Source: Suilimivivens sp. (GTDB taxonomy: Bacteria > Bacillota > Clostridia > Lachnospirales > Lachnospiraceae). Taken from it: 64,000 bases of DNA. The position numbers and the translations under genes are program-made. The DNA lies in the NCBI GenBank assembly GCA_051879815.1, contig JBJEMT010000057.1, forward strand, positions 8,210 to 72,209. The letters run 5' to 3'. This document shows, piece by piece, positions 9,063-19,851 of the stretch. Under the pieces are notes generated by a model that had not been told where the DNA came from, did not search any database, and worked only from the letters and a program-made list of their open reading frames with translations. Each line of letters opens with the position of its first letter. Position 1 is the first letter of the stretch.

Positions 9063-10553
9063 ATGTCAGAAAACATTCACAGTCTTGTAACGGATACCTC
9101 TATTACCCTGTGGTGGGAAAAACCGGATCCTGCTCCTGCAGAGTACCGGATTTTTTTGGATGACCAACTGACAGAAACAGTATCTGAAACATATGTATCC
9201 TTATATAATTTAAAATCAGACAGTACTTATCAAATACGCATTGAACCTGTCAATTGGAATCTGGAAGTACAAACCTCTTCCTCGAAGCGTCGTCTGGATG
9301 TAACAAAGGCCCCATATTTTGCAATGGGAGACGGAAACACTATGAATACTCAGGCGCTGCAACGCGCTTTCGATGATTGTGGCAAAAATGAGGTCGTATA
9401 TCTGCCTGCAGGGATTTATATGACCGGTGCTTTGCGTCTTCACAGCGATATGGAACTGTATCTGGAAGAAGGTGCTGTTTTGCAGGGAACAGACAGAATT
9501 GAGGATTATCTGCCACGTATTCTCAGCAGGTTTGAAGGTACGGAAATGGAATGTTACAGCAGCCTTTTAAATCTGGGTAAACTGGATCATGCCGCCGGAC
9601 CGAACTGTGAAAATGTGCTGATCCACGGACATGGCACCATAGCCAGCGGCGGTCAAAGTCTGGGACTTAAGATCATTGAGGATGAAAAAAAACGCCTTAA
9701 AGATTATCTGACCTCATTAGGGGATAAAATCAGGGAATGTGAAAATGATAATACCATTCCCGGCAGGGTTCGTCCCCGCCTTATCAATTTAAGCAACTGC
9801 AGGAATGTGCGCATCAGTGGAATCACTCTGGAAAACGGTGCCTGTTGGAATGTACATATGATTTACTGCGACAATATTACCACAGACCATTGCACCTTCC
9901 GTTCAGAGGGTGTATGGAACGGTGACGGCTGGGATCCGGATTCCTCTGTAAACTGCACTCTCTTTGCCTGCAATTTTTATACCGGTGATGATGCAGTTGC
10001 CATTAAATCCGGGAAAAATCCGGAGGGCAATATTATCAATCGTCCAAGTGAACATATCCGTATTTTTGACTGCTACAGTGCCTTTGGTCATGGTATCTGT
10101 ATCGGCAGTGAAATGAGCGGCGGTATAAATGATGTAAAAATCTGGGACTGCGATCTACAGCATTCCATGAGTGGACTGGAGATCAAGGGGACTAAAAAAA
10201 GAGGCGGTTATGTACGCAATATCCATGTACGGGACTGTATTCTGCCACGAATCCAGATTCATGCCGTAGGTTACAATGATGACGGAATTGCTGCACCGGA
10301 GCCTCCTGTTTTTGAAGAATGCCTATTTGAAGATCTTCATCTTACCGGACGCTTCCAGGACTGCCATGGAGACGGCAAAGAACACCCCTGTCCCGTTATT
10401 ACCCTGGAAGGCTTTGATACATCCTCTCATGCTGTCAAAAATATTACGTTGAGAAACATAACCCTTGCGCCAGATACCTCTCAAAACATTGTAATGAGTT
10501 GCTGTGAAGGAATCAGTTTTGAGAGGATAAGCTGTTTAAAAAAAGAGAATTAA
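9063..10553 (+). CDS. GH28 glycoside hydrolase with N-terminal FN3-like domain
   Basis: NGDGWDPD, GDDAVAIKSG and GHG motifs; beta-helix-like repeats; no signal peptide. Confidence 0.85.
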   Translation: MSENIHSLVTDTSITLWWEKPDPAPAEYRIFLDDQLTETVSETYVSLYNLKSDSTYQIRIEPVNWNLEVQTSSSKRRLDVTKAPYFAMGDGNTMNTQALQRAFDDCGKNEVVYLPAGIYMTGALRLHSDMELYLEEGAVLQGTDRIEDYLPRILSRFEGTEMECYSSLLNLGKLDHAAGPNCENVLIHGHGTIASGGQSLGLKIIEDEKKRLKDYLTSLGDKIRECENDNTIPGRVRPRLINLSNCRNVRISGITLENGACWNVHMIYCDNITTDHCTFRSEGVWNGDGWDPDSSVNCTLFACNFYTGDDAVAIKSGKNPEGNIINRPSEHIRIFDCYSAFGHGICIGSEMSGGINDVKIWDCDLQHSMSGLEIKGTKKRGGYVRNIHVRDCILPRIQIHAVGYNDDGIAAPEPPVFEECLFEDLHLTGRFQDCHGDGKEHPCPVITLEGFDTSSHAVKNITLRNITLAPDTSQNIVMSCCEGISFERISCLKKEN

Positions 10554-10564
10554 TGAAGACAAAA

Positions 10565-10609
10565 CGGCGGACAATATTTATCTGCAAAAGCAGAAAATAT
10601 TGTCCGCCG
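10565..10609. terminator. Long hairpin between convergent GH28 and aminotransferase genes
   Basis: CGGCGGACAATATTT-A-TCTGC-AAAA-GCAGA-AAATATTGTCCGCCG. Confidence 0.7.
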
Positions 10610-10636
10610 CCTGCGTCCGTTCATTCTATTACTTAA

Positions 10637-11809
10637 TTATTTCTTCTCTTCCCTTAATCTTCCGATAAAATGCCCGATCTTCTCCATGGCAATCTTCAGA
10701 TTTTCCAGAGAATACGCATAAGAGATTCTAAGGAAACCTTCCCCGCAGTCGCCAAAAGCCGTGCCGGGAACGACAGCCACTTTTTCTTCCCGAAGCAGTC
10801 TTTCTGCAAATTCCTCACTTGTTAAGCCAAATTCCTTAATACAGGGAAATACATAGAAAGCGCCATAAGGTTCAAAACACTGCAGTCCCATTTCCTTAAA
10901 GGCATTCATCAGAAATCTTCTTCTCTGGTTATAGGACTCCCTCATCATCGCCACATCCTCATCTCCGTTGCGGAGTGCCTCCACTGCTGCATACTGACTG
11001 GTGGTAGGCGCACACATAATGGCAAACTGATGGATTTTTGTCATCTGCTCCATAATAGCGGCAGGGGCACAGGCATAGCCCAGTCTCCATCCTGTCATGG
11101 CATATGCTTTGGAAAAACCGTTGATCAGAACAGTCCTTTCCTGCATACCGGGCAGGCTTACAATGGATACATGCTTTCCTTTGTAGCTGAGCTCGGAATA
11201 GATTTCATCAGATATCACAAAAATATCCTTTTCACGGATCACCTCTGCGATTTCTTCCAAATCCTTCTTCTCCATAATGGCACCTGTCGGATTGTTCGGA
11301 AAAGGCAGGATCAGTATCTTGGTCTTGTCAGTAATGGCATCACGCAATTCCTGTGCAGTCAGCCTGAATTCATTTTCCTCTTTCAGTTCAATGATAACCG
11401 GCACTGCATCTGCCAGGATTGCACAGGGTTCATAAGAAACATAACTTGGCTGTGGAATCAGCACCTCTTCCCCTGGGTTAATCATGGCGCGAAGCGCCAG
11501 GTCAATTGCCTCAGAACCCCCTACCGTTACCAGCACTTCCTTCACGGGATCATAGGAAACTCCCTGAGTTCTCTTTATGTATCTTGTAATTTCTGTTCTC
11601 AGCTCTTTAAGACCTGCATTGGAGGTATAAAAGGTTCTTCCCTTCTCCAGAGAGTAAATACCCTCGTCCCTGATATGCCAGGGCGTATCAAAATCAGGTT
11701 CACCCACACCGAGTGAAATCGCATCCTCCATCTCATTTACAATATCGAAAAATTTACGGATACCGGAGGGCTTGATATCCACGATTTTTTCTGCTAACGG
11801 ATTTCTCAT
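10637..11809 (-). CDS. Class I/II PLP-dependent aminotransferase
   Basis: LGVGEPDF, PNNPTG, SDEIY, GFSKAYAMTGWRLGY. Confidence 0.92.
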   Translation of the reverse strand: MRNPLAEKIVDIKPSGIRKFFDIVNEMEDAISLGVGEPDFDTPWHIRDEGIYSLEKGRTFYTSNAGLKELRTEITRYIKRTQGVSYDPVKEVLVTVGGSEAIDLALRAMINPGEEVLIPQPSYVSYEPCAILADAVPVIIELKEENEFRLTAQELRDAITDKTKILILPFPNNPTGAIMEKKDLEEIAEVIREKDIFVISDEIYSELSYKGKHVSIVSLPGMQERTVLINGFSKAYAMTGWRLGYACAPAAIMEQMTKIHQFAIMCAPTTSQYAAVEALRNGDEDVAMMRESYNQRRRFLMNAFKEMGLQCFEPYGAFYVFPCIKEFGLTSEEFAERLLREEKVAVVPGTAFGDCGEGFLRISYAYSLENLKIAMEKIGHFIGRLREEKK

Positions 11810-12288
11810 GGTGTCACTTTCTCCCTTGTGTCTTCATACTTTTTTGTCAGAATGGTGCCGTGATCCTTATATTTCTTAAGGATAAAGTGAGTTGCCGTGC
11901 TTAACACACCGTCCAGTGTGGAAAGCTTCTCTGACACGAAACTGGAAACAGCCTTTAAACTCTTTCCGTCAAGACTCACCAGAAGATCATAGCCGCCGGA
12001 AATCAGGTACACACTGTTCACCTCAGGATATTTGTAAATTCTCTCGGCAATATTATCATAGCCCTGACCTCTCTGGGGAGTGATACGTACCTCGATCAGT
12101 GCTGTTACTTTTTCTATGGAAGTTTTCTCCCAATCGATCATGGTATGATATCCGCAGATAATGCCCTCTTCCTCCATAGCCTTTAATTCATTGGCAATAT
12201 CTATCTCTTCCGCCCCTAAAATAACGGCCAGCTCATGAATATCAATACGGCTGTTCTTTTCAATAATCGCTAAAATCTGTTCTCTCAT
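11806..12288 (-). CDS. Lrp/AsnC family regulator
   Basis: N-terminal HTH; ISGGYDL RAM domain; ATGA overlap with the aminotransferase. Confidence 0.9.
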   Translation of the reverse strand: MREQILAIIEKNSRIDIHELAVILGAEEIDIANELKAMEEEGIICGYHTMIDWEKTSIEKVTALIEVRITPQRGQGYDNIAERIYKYPEVNSVYLISGGYDLLVSLDGKSLKAVSSFVSEKLSTLDGVLSTATHFILKKYKDHGTILTKKYEDTREKVTP

Positions 12289-12302
12289 CTTAAGAGTCCT
12301 CC

Positions 12303-13355
12303 TTAATTAAATACTTTCAATATTTCATCCGGTTTCGCAGGTTCCAGAAATCTTATCTCTTCTTCATTCAGGATTATCTTGTCATTACTGTCTGTGGTCT
12401 GTCCGATCACCGCTGCAGAGATTCCCTGCTCATTCAGTGCCCAAACCAGCCCTTCTCCGTCATGAGCAATCATCAGAAGACTTCCTCCCGACAAAAGTTC
12501 ATAAGGATTCAGGTCAAAAAATTCGCAGATCTCTATGGTTTCCTGTTTCACCGGTATTTTTTTCAAATCTACGGAAAGTCCAACGCCCATACTTCTGGAA
12601 AGCTCCCATAAGCCTCCGAATACACCACCGTTTCTGATATCGTGCATGGTATAAACGCCGGACTTAAGGGCGGTGGCGGCCTCCGGCAGGATAGGGAGAT
12701 ATTTTTCAAAGCCCTGTGCCGCCGCTATCAAAGGAAAAGGATATCTTGTAAGTAGTTCTTCTTCCTTTTCTCTTGAGAGAATTACGGTTCCTTCCAGTCC
12801 GATCCACTTCGTCATTACAATATCTGAGTTTGCCGGTATTTCCCGTTTCCCGGCTGCCCGCCTCTGTACCAAATCCACAGCTTCCTGCAACATAGTTCTG
12901 CCCAAAGCCGTTACCGTGATTACCGGGTTATTCACGCTGCCTGTCACTTCCGTATGCCCGCCTGCTATCTGCACGTGAAGCAATGCGCAGGTGTTCTCTA
13001 TCTGTTTCATGATTTCCTGAAGCTGATATTCTTCTGTTTCCAAAGGCAGGGTAAGAGAAATGGTGACGGCAAAGCATTCCGTTCCTGCGGCTGCCAGATT
13101 ATTCACTGCTGCATATACGGCGAGGCTTCCTGCATCCTCAATAGGAAGCGTCATCGTTTCCGTGGATACAGACAGATAACAGGAAGCAGTATTTTCATCA
13201 AAAGAAATACTGTTACCGGAAAGTATGCTTTTATACTTCAAAAAGGCGCAGTCTGATCCTACACCTGCACCTTTTATTACTTCTTCCCTCTGTGTATGAA
13301 TATATTTCATAACGGAACGTTTTAATACGTTTTCGGATATCTTTCCTTTTTTCAT
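12303..13355 (-). CDS. AIR synthase/HypE-like (PurM superfamily) protein
   Basis: GAGVGSDCA, GGHTE, MHDIRNGGVFG, NPYELLSGG motifs. Confidence 0.8.
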   Translation of the reverse strand: MKKGKISENVLKRSVMKYIHTQREEVIKGAGVGSDCAFLKYKSILSGNSISFDENTASCYLSVSTETMTLPIEDAGSLAVYAAVNNLAAAGTECFAVTISLTLPLETEEYQLQEIMKQIENTCALLHVQIAGGHTEVTGSVNNPVITVTALGRTMLQEAVDLVQRRAAGKREIPANSDIVMTKWIGLEGTVILSREKEEELLTRYPFPLIAAAQGFEKYLPILPEAATALKSGVYTMHDIRNGGVFGGLWELSRSMGVGLSVDLKKIPVKQETIEICEFFDLNPYELLSGGSLLMIAHDGEGLVWALNEQGISAAVIGQTTDSNDKIILNEEEIRFLEPAKPDEILKVFN

Positions 13356-13395
13356 TGCTGCCTCACTTCACTCATTTCATCGAGGCAACCGGATG

Positions 13396-14922
13396 CTACT
13401 CTGCCGGTGCCTCTGCTGCCGGAACTTCCGCCGGAATCTCTGCCGCTGGTGCTTCAGGTGCTGCGGGAGGCGCCGCCGCGGCTGCAAGAGCTGCCGCTAC
13501 GTTTTTCACATGATCGATATTATTTGTAGAAATTGCTGCCATGATTTCATTATAAGCATTTGGATCTGCAGTTGCAACTCCAACCGTTGCCGACCTCGGT
13601 GCCATTGTATAAGTACTGGAATTTACCATTTCTCTGCTGACCTGCTGCCCGTCTTCGTACACTATCTTCCACAGGTTAGCCTTATACCCGATATGGGCAG
13701 ACTGCACCGTTACAGAACCTATAGGAGCCGAAGCATCCGTATAAATCACTTCCGTATCGGGATAAGTCTTGCTGACAACTTCACTTTCATAAACCACCTC
13801 ATGACCGCTGTCTCTTGTTTCCTCTCCATAAATTACAAATCCGATCTGCTTATCTTCAGTGGTATAACCCTCAATATAAATAGGCGCATCAGTATTATTT
13901 ACAAACCGGAAGTCCTTCCCTGCTGATTCTGAAATTGCAGCATCCGCAGAAGGATCCACATACGTAACAATCATGGAATGATTATGTCTTTCTGTCACCT
14001 CAAGTTCTGACAAAAGCACAGCATTATAAAGGGTGGTAGAAACCTGACAGATACCGCCGCCAAGACTGTCCACTACCTGTCCGTTCAAATAAGACCCCGC
14101 CATATAATATCCGTTAGCCGTTGAAAAAGGAGAAACTGCCTCATAGGTAGAGAATTCCTCACCCGGATAGAGTGTGGTTCCATTGATCAGTTCACAACCG
14201 TTTCTTACATTAGCACTTCTGGAAGAACCGGAAGTTTTAAAGCTGGTGGTAAAACTCCCCAGTACATCCTTGACTTTTAAAAGATCTTCCTTTGTACCCA
14301 AAGGCTCATCCACTGCAACCACAAGGTCAATAGAAGTATCCTGGCCATCCCAGCTGCCATCTGTAAGATAATCGCAGATTAAAGAAAGGGAAGCCTCCTC
14401 ATCTACTACCATTCCGGCTTGTCCTTCATGAATGATAAATTCCCCATCTTCTCTTGAAAGAGTGGCATTTTCTGCTTCTACATTATAAACAGAGCATTGG
14501 TCTGCAAGCACATGCTTCACAAGTTCTCTGTCCACATCAAAAGTAAGAGACAGATTTCTGTTTTCAAACTGTAAATCTTTTTTCGCCTTATAACGCTGTA
14601 CAATATTTCCCTTCTTGCCAATTGCTGCAGCTTCCCTGATAATATCGGGATTGCTCCAGTAAAAACCAATATCTGCAGGTGTAATGGTAACTGCATTACC
14701 ATTTACCATTGTAAGCGTAATATTTCTGGATAAAAGTCCATCTACATAATCATTTATCAGGATTTCTGCCTCTTCTACGGTCTTGCCCTCAAGGGATATA
14801 TTATTGATATAGATTCCTGACGTGATTGTATCCTTATCACTTGCCTCAGCCTGCAGACTAAAAAAACTTAGCACAGACAGAAGGATTAAAAGGCAGGAAA
14901 TCCCCTTTATAAATTTTTTCAT
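13396..14922 (-). CDS. VanW family secreted protein with peptidoglycan-binding region
   Basis: Signal peptide; PGEEFS, GGGICQVSTTLYNA, ERHNHS, DAAIS; Ala/Pro/Glu tail. Confidence 0.88.
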   Translation of the reverse strand: MKKFIKGISCLLILLSVLSFFSLQAEASDKDTITSGIYINNISLEGKTVEEAEILINDYVDGLLSRNITLTMVNGNAVTITPADIGFYWSNPDIIREAAAIGKKGNIVQRYKAKKDLQFENRNLSLTFDVDRELVKHVLADQCSVYNVEAENATLSREDGEFIIHEGQAGMVVDEEASLSLICDYLTDGSWDGQDTSIDLVVAVDEPLGTKEDLLKVKDVLGSFTTSFKTSGSSRSANVRNGCELINGTTLYPGEEFSTYEAVSPFSTANGYYMAGSYLNGQVVDSLGGGICQVSTTLYNAVLLSELEVTERHNHSMIVTYVDPSADAAISESAGKDFRFVNNTDAPIYIEGYTTEDKQIGFVIYGEETRDSGHEVVYESEVVSKTYPDTEVIYTDASAPIGSVTVQSAHIGYKANLWKIVYEDGQQVSREMVNSSTYTMAPRSATVGVATADPNAYNEIMAAISTNNIDHVKNVAAALAAAAAPPAAPEAPAAEIPAEVPAAEAPAE

Positions 14923-14944
14923 AATTACTCCTCATATTGCTTTA

Positions 14945-15049
14945 CTACACTAAATATGCTAAAGTTGGAATTACCATAGCAAGTATCAATAAAATAATTA
15001 TGATGGATGAAATAATTCTTTTACTCTTACTGCTGTTAAAATTAAACAT
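14945..15049 (-). CDS. 34-aa single-TM small protein (DUF4044/Prli42-like)
   Basis: Manual translation MFNFNSSKSKRIISSIIIILLILAMVIPTLAYLV; basic N-terminus plus hydrophobic helix; stops 22 nt before the VanW start. Confidence 0.6.
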   Translation of the reverse strand: MFNFNSSKSKRIISSIIIILLILAMVIPTLAYLV

Positions 15050-15102
15050 AATCAACGCCTCGATCTGATAAATAGTAACATTCTTATGAAAGGATATTAT
15101 AT

Positions 15103-15711
15103 ATGAAGTTCCCCATTTTTGCAAGTTTTATCATATTCTGTCTCTGGTTGTCCTACGAAATCCACAAACACAAAAAACAGGAAAAGGAAAGTTCCGAAGC
15201 TTTCTGGGAAACAGAACGCAAAGCCAACAGCACACGCCGTAAGTCCCTGGATGATTTAAACTATATTACAATCCCTTTCGATACCCTTCCCATGGATGCA
15301 CTCAAAGATGATCCTTCCGTGAAAGAATATCATGAAACTCTGCATACCATATCGGAAGAACCTATCGTAAACTTTACGGGTATCAGTAATACCGATTTAA
15401 AGTTAAAGTACGGAGCACCCAACATTGACCTTTTAATGCTTTATGATCAGCGCTACACCACTCTTGCAAGAACTCTTCAGAGCTGGGCAAAATCCTTGTA
15501 TGACAATGGTCTTGTACAGGAAGCAAAAACCGTTCTGGAATTTGCCATGGAAACAGGAACCGATGTCAGTGCTTCTTATAAACTGCTTGCCGGAATTTAT
15601 AAGGAAAACGGAGAAGTTGATAAAATAGCAAAACTGATTCCGGTTGCCGAAAGCTTAAACTCTGCTTTATCCTCCCATATTGCTGCATTTCTTGAAGAGA
15701 TGATCAAATGA
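15103..15711 (+). CDS. Hypothetical membrane-anchored protein with C-terminal TPR-like helices
   Basis: 202 aa; N-terminal TM segment; RBS GAAAGGA. Confidence 0.75.
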   Translation: MKFPIFASFIIFCLWLSYEIHKHKKQEKESSEAFWETERKANSTRRKSLDDLNYITIPFDTLPMDALKDDPSVKEYHETLHTISEEPIVNFTGISNTDLKLKYGAPNIDLLMLYDQRYTTLARTLQSWAKSLYDNGLVQEAKTVLEFAMETGTDVSASYKLLAGIYKENGEVDKIAKLIPVAESLNSALSSHIAAFLEEMIK

Positions 15712-15827
15712 TGTCCAAAACCATTCCACATTATGATCTGTTACTATTTTATGCTGCTTTGTAAACTTATATGACCGCTCCAATATCTTCCGTACGCGCT
15801 CTGTCATAATTCCTCCCTGCTTGATTC

Positions 15828-15861
15828 AAAGAAAGGCGTACCGCATTCCGATACGCCTTTT
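15828..15861 (-). terminator. Intrinsic terminator after dnaJ
   Basis: AAAGGCGTA...TACGCCTTT stem followed by a U-rich tract on the minus strand. Confidence 0.75.
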
Positions 15862-15867
15862 ACTGTT

Positions 15868-17040
15868 TTATTTCCAGAATTTCTTTTTCTTTGTTTCCTT
15901 GTTGTCAGTGGACTTATCTGCTTCCACACTCTTTGCGGCATTTAGGCTATCCCCTGTAACCGCGTCAAACTGCTTCAGAAGCTCCTTAGCCTCATGAGAC
16001 AGTTTATCGGGTGTCTGTACTACCAGTGTCACATAATGGTCGCCACGTACCTCTTTATTTCTAAGGGAAGGCACACCTTTTCCCTTAAGCCTTACCTTTG
16101 TATCTGTCTGAGTACCGGCTTTCACATCATAAATCACCTTACCGTCCACTGTGTCAACAACAACTTCACCGCCAAGTGCTGCAACTGCAAAGGAAATAGG
16201 AACAGTAGAATAAATATTATAATCCTGTCTTTGGAAAATAGGATGACGTCCTACAATAACCTCTACCAGTAAATCTCCTCTGGGACCGCCGTTTACACCA
16301 GGCTCACCCTTTTCTCTGATACGGACGCTCTGACCGTTATCGATACCGGCAGGAATGGATACCTGAATCTTTTTACGGCTTGCAATATATCCCGAACCAT
16401 GACAGTCAGGACATTTTTCCTTGATCACTTTACCGGTTCCGTTACAATCGGGACAGGTCTGTACATTTCTTACCGTTCCAAAGAAGGACTGCTGTGTGAA
16501 TACCACCTGACCCTTACCGCCGCACTTAGGGCATGTTTCCGGACTGGTTCCCGGCTTCGCTCCGTTGCCGTGGCAGGTCTTACATTCATCCTTTAAGGTA
16601 AGTTCTATCTCTTTATCTACACCAAATACAGCTTCTTCAAAGGTAATACGCACACTGGTACGAATATTGGCTCCCTTCATGGGACCGCTGTTGCCCCGGC
16701 TGCTCCTTCTGCCGCCGCCAAAGAAATCTCCGAAGATATCTCCAAAAATATCACTGAAGTCTGCGCTGTTAAAATCAAAACCGCCAAAGCCGCCACCACC
16801 GGCTCCACCGTCGAAGGCTGCATGGCCAAACTGATCATACTGCCTTCTTTTCTCCGGATCGCTTAAAATCGCATACGCTTCGGAAGCCTCTTTAAATTTC
16901 TTTTCAGCTTCTGCATCTCCCGGATTCATATCAGGATGATACTTCTTGGCTAACGTCCTATATGCTTTTTTAAGAGCTGCATCATCTGCATTCTTATCTA
17001 CTCCAAGGACTTCATAATAGTCACGTTTCTGCTCTGCCAT
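15868..17040 (-). CDS. dnaJ: Chaperone DnaJ
   Basis: J domain HPD, G/F region, four CxxCxGxG repeats; start MAEQKRD at 17040. Confidence 0.97.
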   Translation of the reverse strand: MAEQKRDYYEVLGVDKNADDAALKKAYRTLAKKYHPDMNPGDAEAEKKFKEASEAYAILSDPEKRRQYDQFGHAAFDGGAGGGGFGGFDFNSADFSDIFGDIFGDFFGGGRRSSRGNSGPMKGANIRTSVRITFEEAVFGVDKEIELTLKDECKTCHGNGAKPGTSPETCPKCGGKGQVVFTQQSFFGTVRNVQTCPDCNGTGKVIKEKCPDCHGSGYIASRKKIQVSIPAGIDNGQSVRIREKGEPGVNGGPRGDLLVEVIVGRHPIFQRQDYNIYSTVPISFAVAALGGEVVVDTVDGKVIYDVKAGTQTDTKVRLKGKGVPSLRNKEVRGDHYVTLVVQTPDKLSHEAKELLKQFDAVTGDSLNAAKSVEADKSTDNKETKKKKFWK

Positions 17041-17192
17041 TACCGTTAAATCCTCCACATTTAGTAAACGCCAAACGACGCCGCGCCTGGACGCAAAGAA
17101 GAATGGCAGAGCCATTCTCCCCGAGAAAGCATTAGTTCCTCTCAGGCGGCGTACTCTGCCGCCTTAGAAGAACTCTTTCCCGTTTTCTTATT

Positions 17193-19085
17193 TTATACTT
17201 CTCTGTAGTCTCCGTCAACTACATCATCTGCAGGACCTGCTCCGGCTCCTGCATCGGGACCTGCCTGACCGCTGAAACCGCCCATATCGGGACCTGCTCC
17301 GGCTGCGCCGCCCTGTGCCTGCTGCATATTTTCATACATCTTTGTGAACAGAGCCTGTGCACTGTTTGTCAGCTTCTCTTTTGCTGCCTTTAATTCATCA
17401 ATATCGCTGTCTGACATTTCCTGATCCTTGGTTCTGTCAAGAATTGCCTTAACGGCTGCTACATCTGCTTCTACAGTTGATTTTGCGGAAGCGTCAATCT
17501 TATCGCCGACTTCGCTCAAAGCCTTTTCTGTCTGGAATACGAAGGAATCTGCTTCATTTCTTACATCGATTGCTTCTTTTCTCTTCTTATCCTGTGCTTC
17601 AAATTCAGCTGCTTCCTTTACTGCCTTGTCAATTTCTTCATCAGACATATTGGAGCCTGCTGTAATGGTAATATGCTGTTCCTTACCTGTGCCGAGATCC
17701 TTAGCGGATACATTTACGATACCGTTTGCATCGATATCGAAGGTAACCTCGATCTGAGGTACACCACGCATTGCCGGAGGGATACCGTCCAGTCTGAACT
17801 GTCCGAGAGACTTGTTATCTCTTGCGAACTGTCTTTCACCCTGTACTACGTTGATATCAACGGCTGTCTGGTTATCAGCGGCAGTTGAGAAAATCTGGCT
17901 CTTCTTGGTAGGAATTGTTGTATTTCTTTCAATCAGTCTTGTTGCAATACCACCCATTGTCTCAATAGACAGGGAAAGGGGAGTAACATCCAGAAGAAGG
18001 ATTTCACCTGCGCCTGCATCACCTGCCAGCTTACCACCCTGGATAGAAGCACCAAGTGCTACGCACTCATCAGGGTTAAGGCTCTTGCTGGGTTCTTTGC
18101 CTGTTAACTGTCTTACCTTATCCTGTACAGCAGGGATACGTGTAGAACCACCTACTAACAGAACCTGGCCCAGGTCAGCATTGGTAAGACCTGCATCCTT
18201 CATAGCGTTCTGAACAGGAATGGCTGTTTTTTCTACAAGATCGTGTGTCAATTCATCAAATTTAGCTCTTGTAAGGCTCATATCAAAGTGAAGAGGACCG
18301 CTCGCATTCATGCTGATGAAGGGCAGATTAATATTTGTGGTTGTCGCACTTGACAGCTCCTTCTTTGCCTTTTCTGCGGCTTCCTTCAATCTCTGAAGTG
18401 CCATCTTATCCTGAGACAGATCAATACCGTTTGTCTTCTTAAATTCACTTACCATCCAGTCGATCAGCTTCTGGTCAAAGTCATCACCACCAAGATGTGT
18501 ATCACCGTTGGTTGCCAGAACTTCAATGACACCATCACCAATTTCAATGATAGAAACATCGAAGGTACCGCCTCCCAGGTCATATACCATGATCTTCTGC
18601 TCTTTTTCATTATCAAGACCGTATGCAAGAGCTGCCGCTGTAGGCTCGTTGATAATACGCTTTACATCAAGTCCTGCAATCTTACCTGCATCTTTGGTTG
18701 CCTGACGCTGTGCGTCATTGAAGTATGCAGGAACGGTTATAACTGCTTCTGTTACCTTTTCACCTAAATAGCTTTCTGCATCCGCTTTCAGTTTTTGAAG
18801 AATCATAGCGGAAATCTGCTGAGGTGAATATTTCTTACCATCAATGGTACGTCCTCTGTCTGTACCCATATCTCTCTTAATGGAAGCAATGGTCTTTTCT
18901 GCATTGGTTACTGCCTGACGCTTTGCAGGTTCACCGATCAGTCTTTCTCCTGTCTTTGTAAATGCCACTACAGAGGGTGTTGTTCTTGCGCCTTCTGTAT
19001 TTGCGATAACGGTGGGCTTACCACCTTCCATAACTGCTACGCAGCTGTTTGTTGTACCTAAGTCGATACCAATTATTTTGCTCAT
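17193..19085 (-). CDS. dnaK: Chaperone DnaK
   Basis: [27 protein letters not shown]; start MSKIIG at 19085. Confidence 0.98.
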   Translation of the reverse strand: MSKIIGIDLGTTNSCVAVMEGGKPTVIANTEGARTTPSVVAFTKTGERLIGEPAKRQAVTNAEKTIASIKRDMGTDRGRTIDGKKYSPQQISAMILQKLKADAESYLGEKVTEAVITVPAYFNDAQRQATKDAGKIAGLDVKRIINEPTAAALAYGLDNEKEQKIMVYDLGGGTFDVSIIEIGDGVIEVLATNGDTHLGGDDFDQKLIDWMVSEFKKTNGIDLSQDKMALQRLKEAAEKAKKELSSATTTNINLPFISMNASGPLHFDMSLTRAKFDELTHDLVEKTAIPVQNAMKDAGLTNADLGQVLLVGGSTRIPAVQDKVRQLTGKEPSKSLNPDECVALGASIQGGKLAGDAGAGEILLLDVTPLSLSIETMGGIATRLIERNTTIPTKKSQIFSTAADNQTAVDINVVQGERQFARDNKSLGQFRLDGIPPAMRGVPQIEVTFDIDANGIVNVSAKDLGTGKEQHITITAGSNMSDEEIDKAVKEAAEFEAQDKKRKEAIDVRNEADSFVFQTEKALSEVGDKIDASAKSTVEADVAAVKAILDRTKDQEMSDSDIDELKAAKEKLTNSAQALFTKMYENMQQAQGGAAGAGPDMGGFSGQAGPDAGAGAGPADDVVDGDYREV

Positions 19086-19153
19086 GATTGTCTCCTCCTG
19101 AATCAATATATTTTATTTATGTTACTGTTAAAAGTTTATTATCCAATAAATTA

Positions 19154-19840
19154 TTAGCTGACAACGGCTACCATACTGTGCCTTACTACGCTGTCCCTGT
19201 AGGTATAGCCCTTCTGTAATTCCTGTGCGATCACACCTGATTCATATTCCTCGCTCTCCACCTGCATAACTGCGTTATGAAGATTGGGATCAAATTCTTC
19301 TCCCACAGCAGGAATTGGTTTTACATCCATCTTTTCCAGCTCTGTTATCAACTGCTTGTAGACCATTTCCATTCCTTCTGCAAAAGGTGTTCCCTTTTCT
19401 TCTTCCGGAATTGCTGCAAAGCCTCTTTCAAAATTGTCTATTACCGGAAGGATCTTCTCAATCACACTCTTTGCACCGGTTTCAAACATTGCTGTTTTTT
19501 CTTTTTCGGTACGCTTACGGAAGTTATCGAATTCCGCCATCTGACGTTTTACTTTATCTTCCAGTTCGTCGATTTTTTCCTTCAAAGCATCCTGCTTTTT
19601 ATCGGTCTTCTGCTTTTTCTTGAAAAGCTTTTTATCCTCTTTACCATCTGGCGCAGTCTCTTCTTCCTCATCGGTTGCTTCTTCCTCATTATCTTCAGAG
19701 GATTCTGCGTCTTCACCAATCGGTTCAGAGTTATCGTTTTCTTCCGCTGCTTTCGCTGCACCTTCTGCTTCCATAGCTTCGTCTGTATCTTCTATGGGGA
19801 TGTCTTCCTGTAAGTCTTTTTCCTCTGCCATATGCTTCAT
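19154..19840 (-). CDS. grpE: Nucleotide exchange factor GrpE
   Basis: AEFDNFRKR, LPVIDNFER, FDPNLHNAV, LQKGY. Confidence 0.96.
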   Translation of the reverse strand: MKHMAEEKDLQEDIPIEDTDEAMEAEGAAKAAEENDNSEPIGEDAESSEDNEEEATDEEEETAPDGKEDKKLFKKKQKTDKKQDALKEKIDELEDKVKRQMAEFDNFRKRTEKEKTAMFETGAKSVIEKILPVIDNFERGFAAIPEEEKGTPFAEGMEMVYKQLITELEKMDVKPIPAVGEEFDPNLHNAVMQVESEEYESGVIAQELQKGYTYRDSVVRHSMVAVVS

Positions 19841-19851
19841 TCCTTTCTTTG

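Noticed and set aside
12303-13355. True purM or hypE assignment
   Set aside because: Several family motifs are degenerate and there is no purine or hydrogenase context
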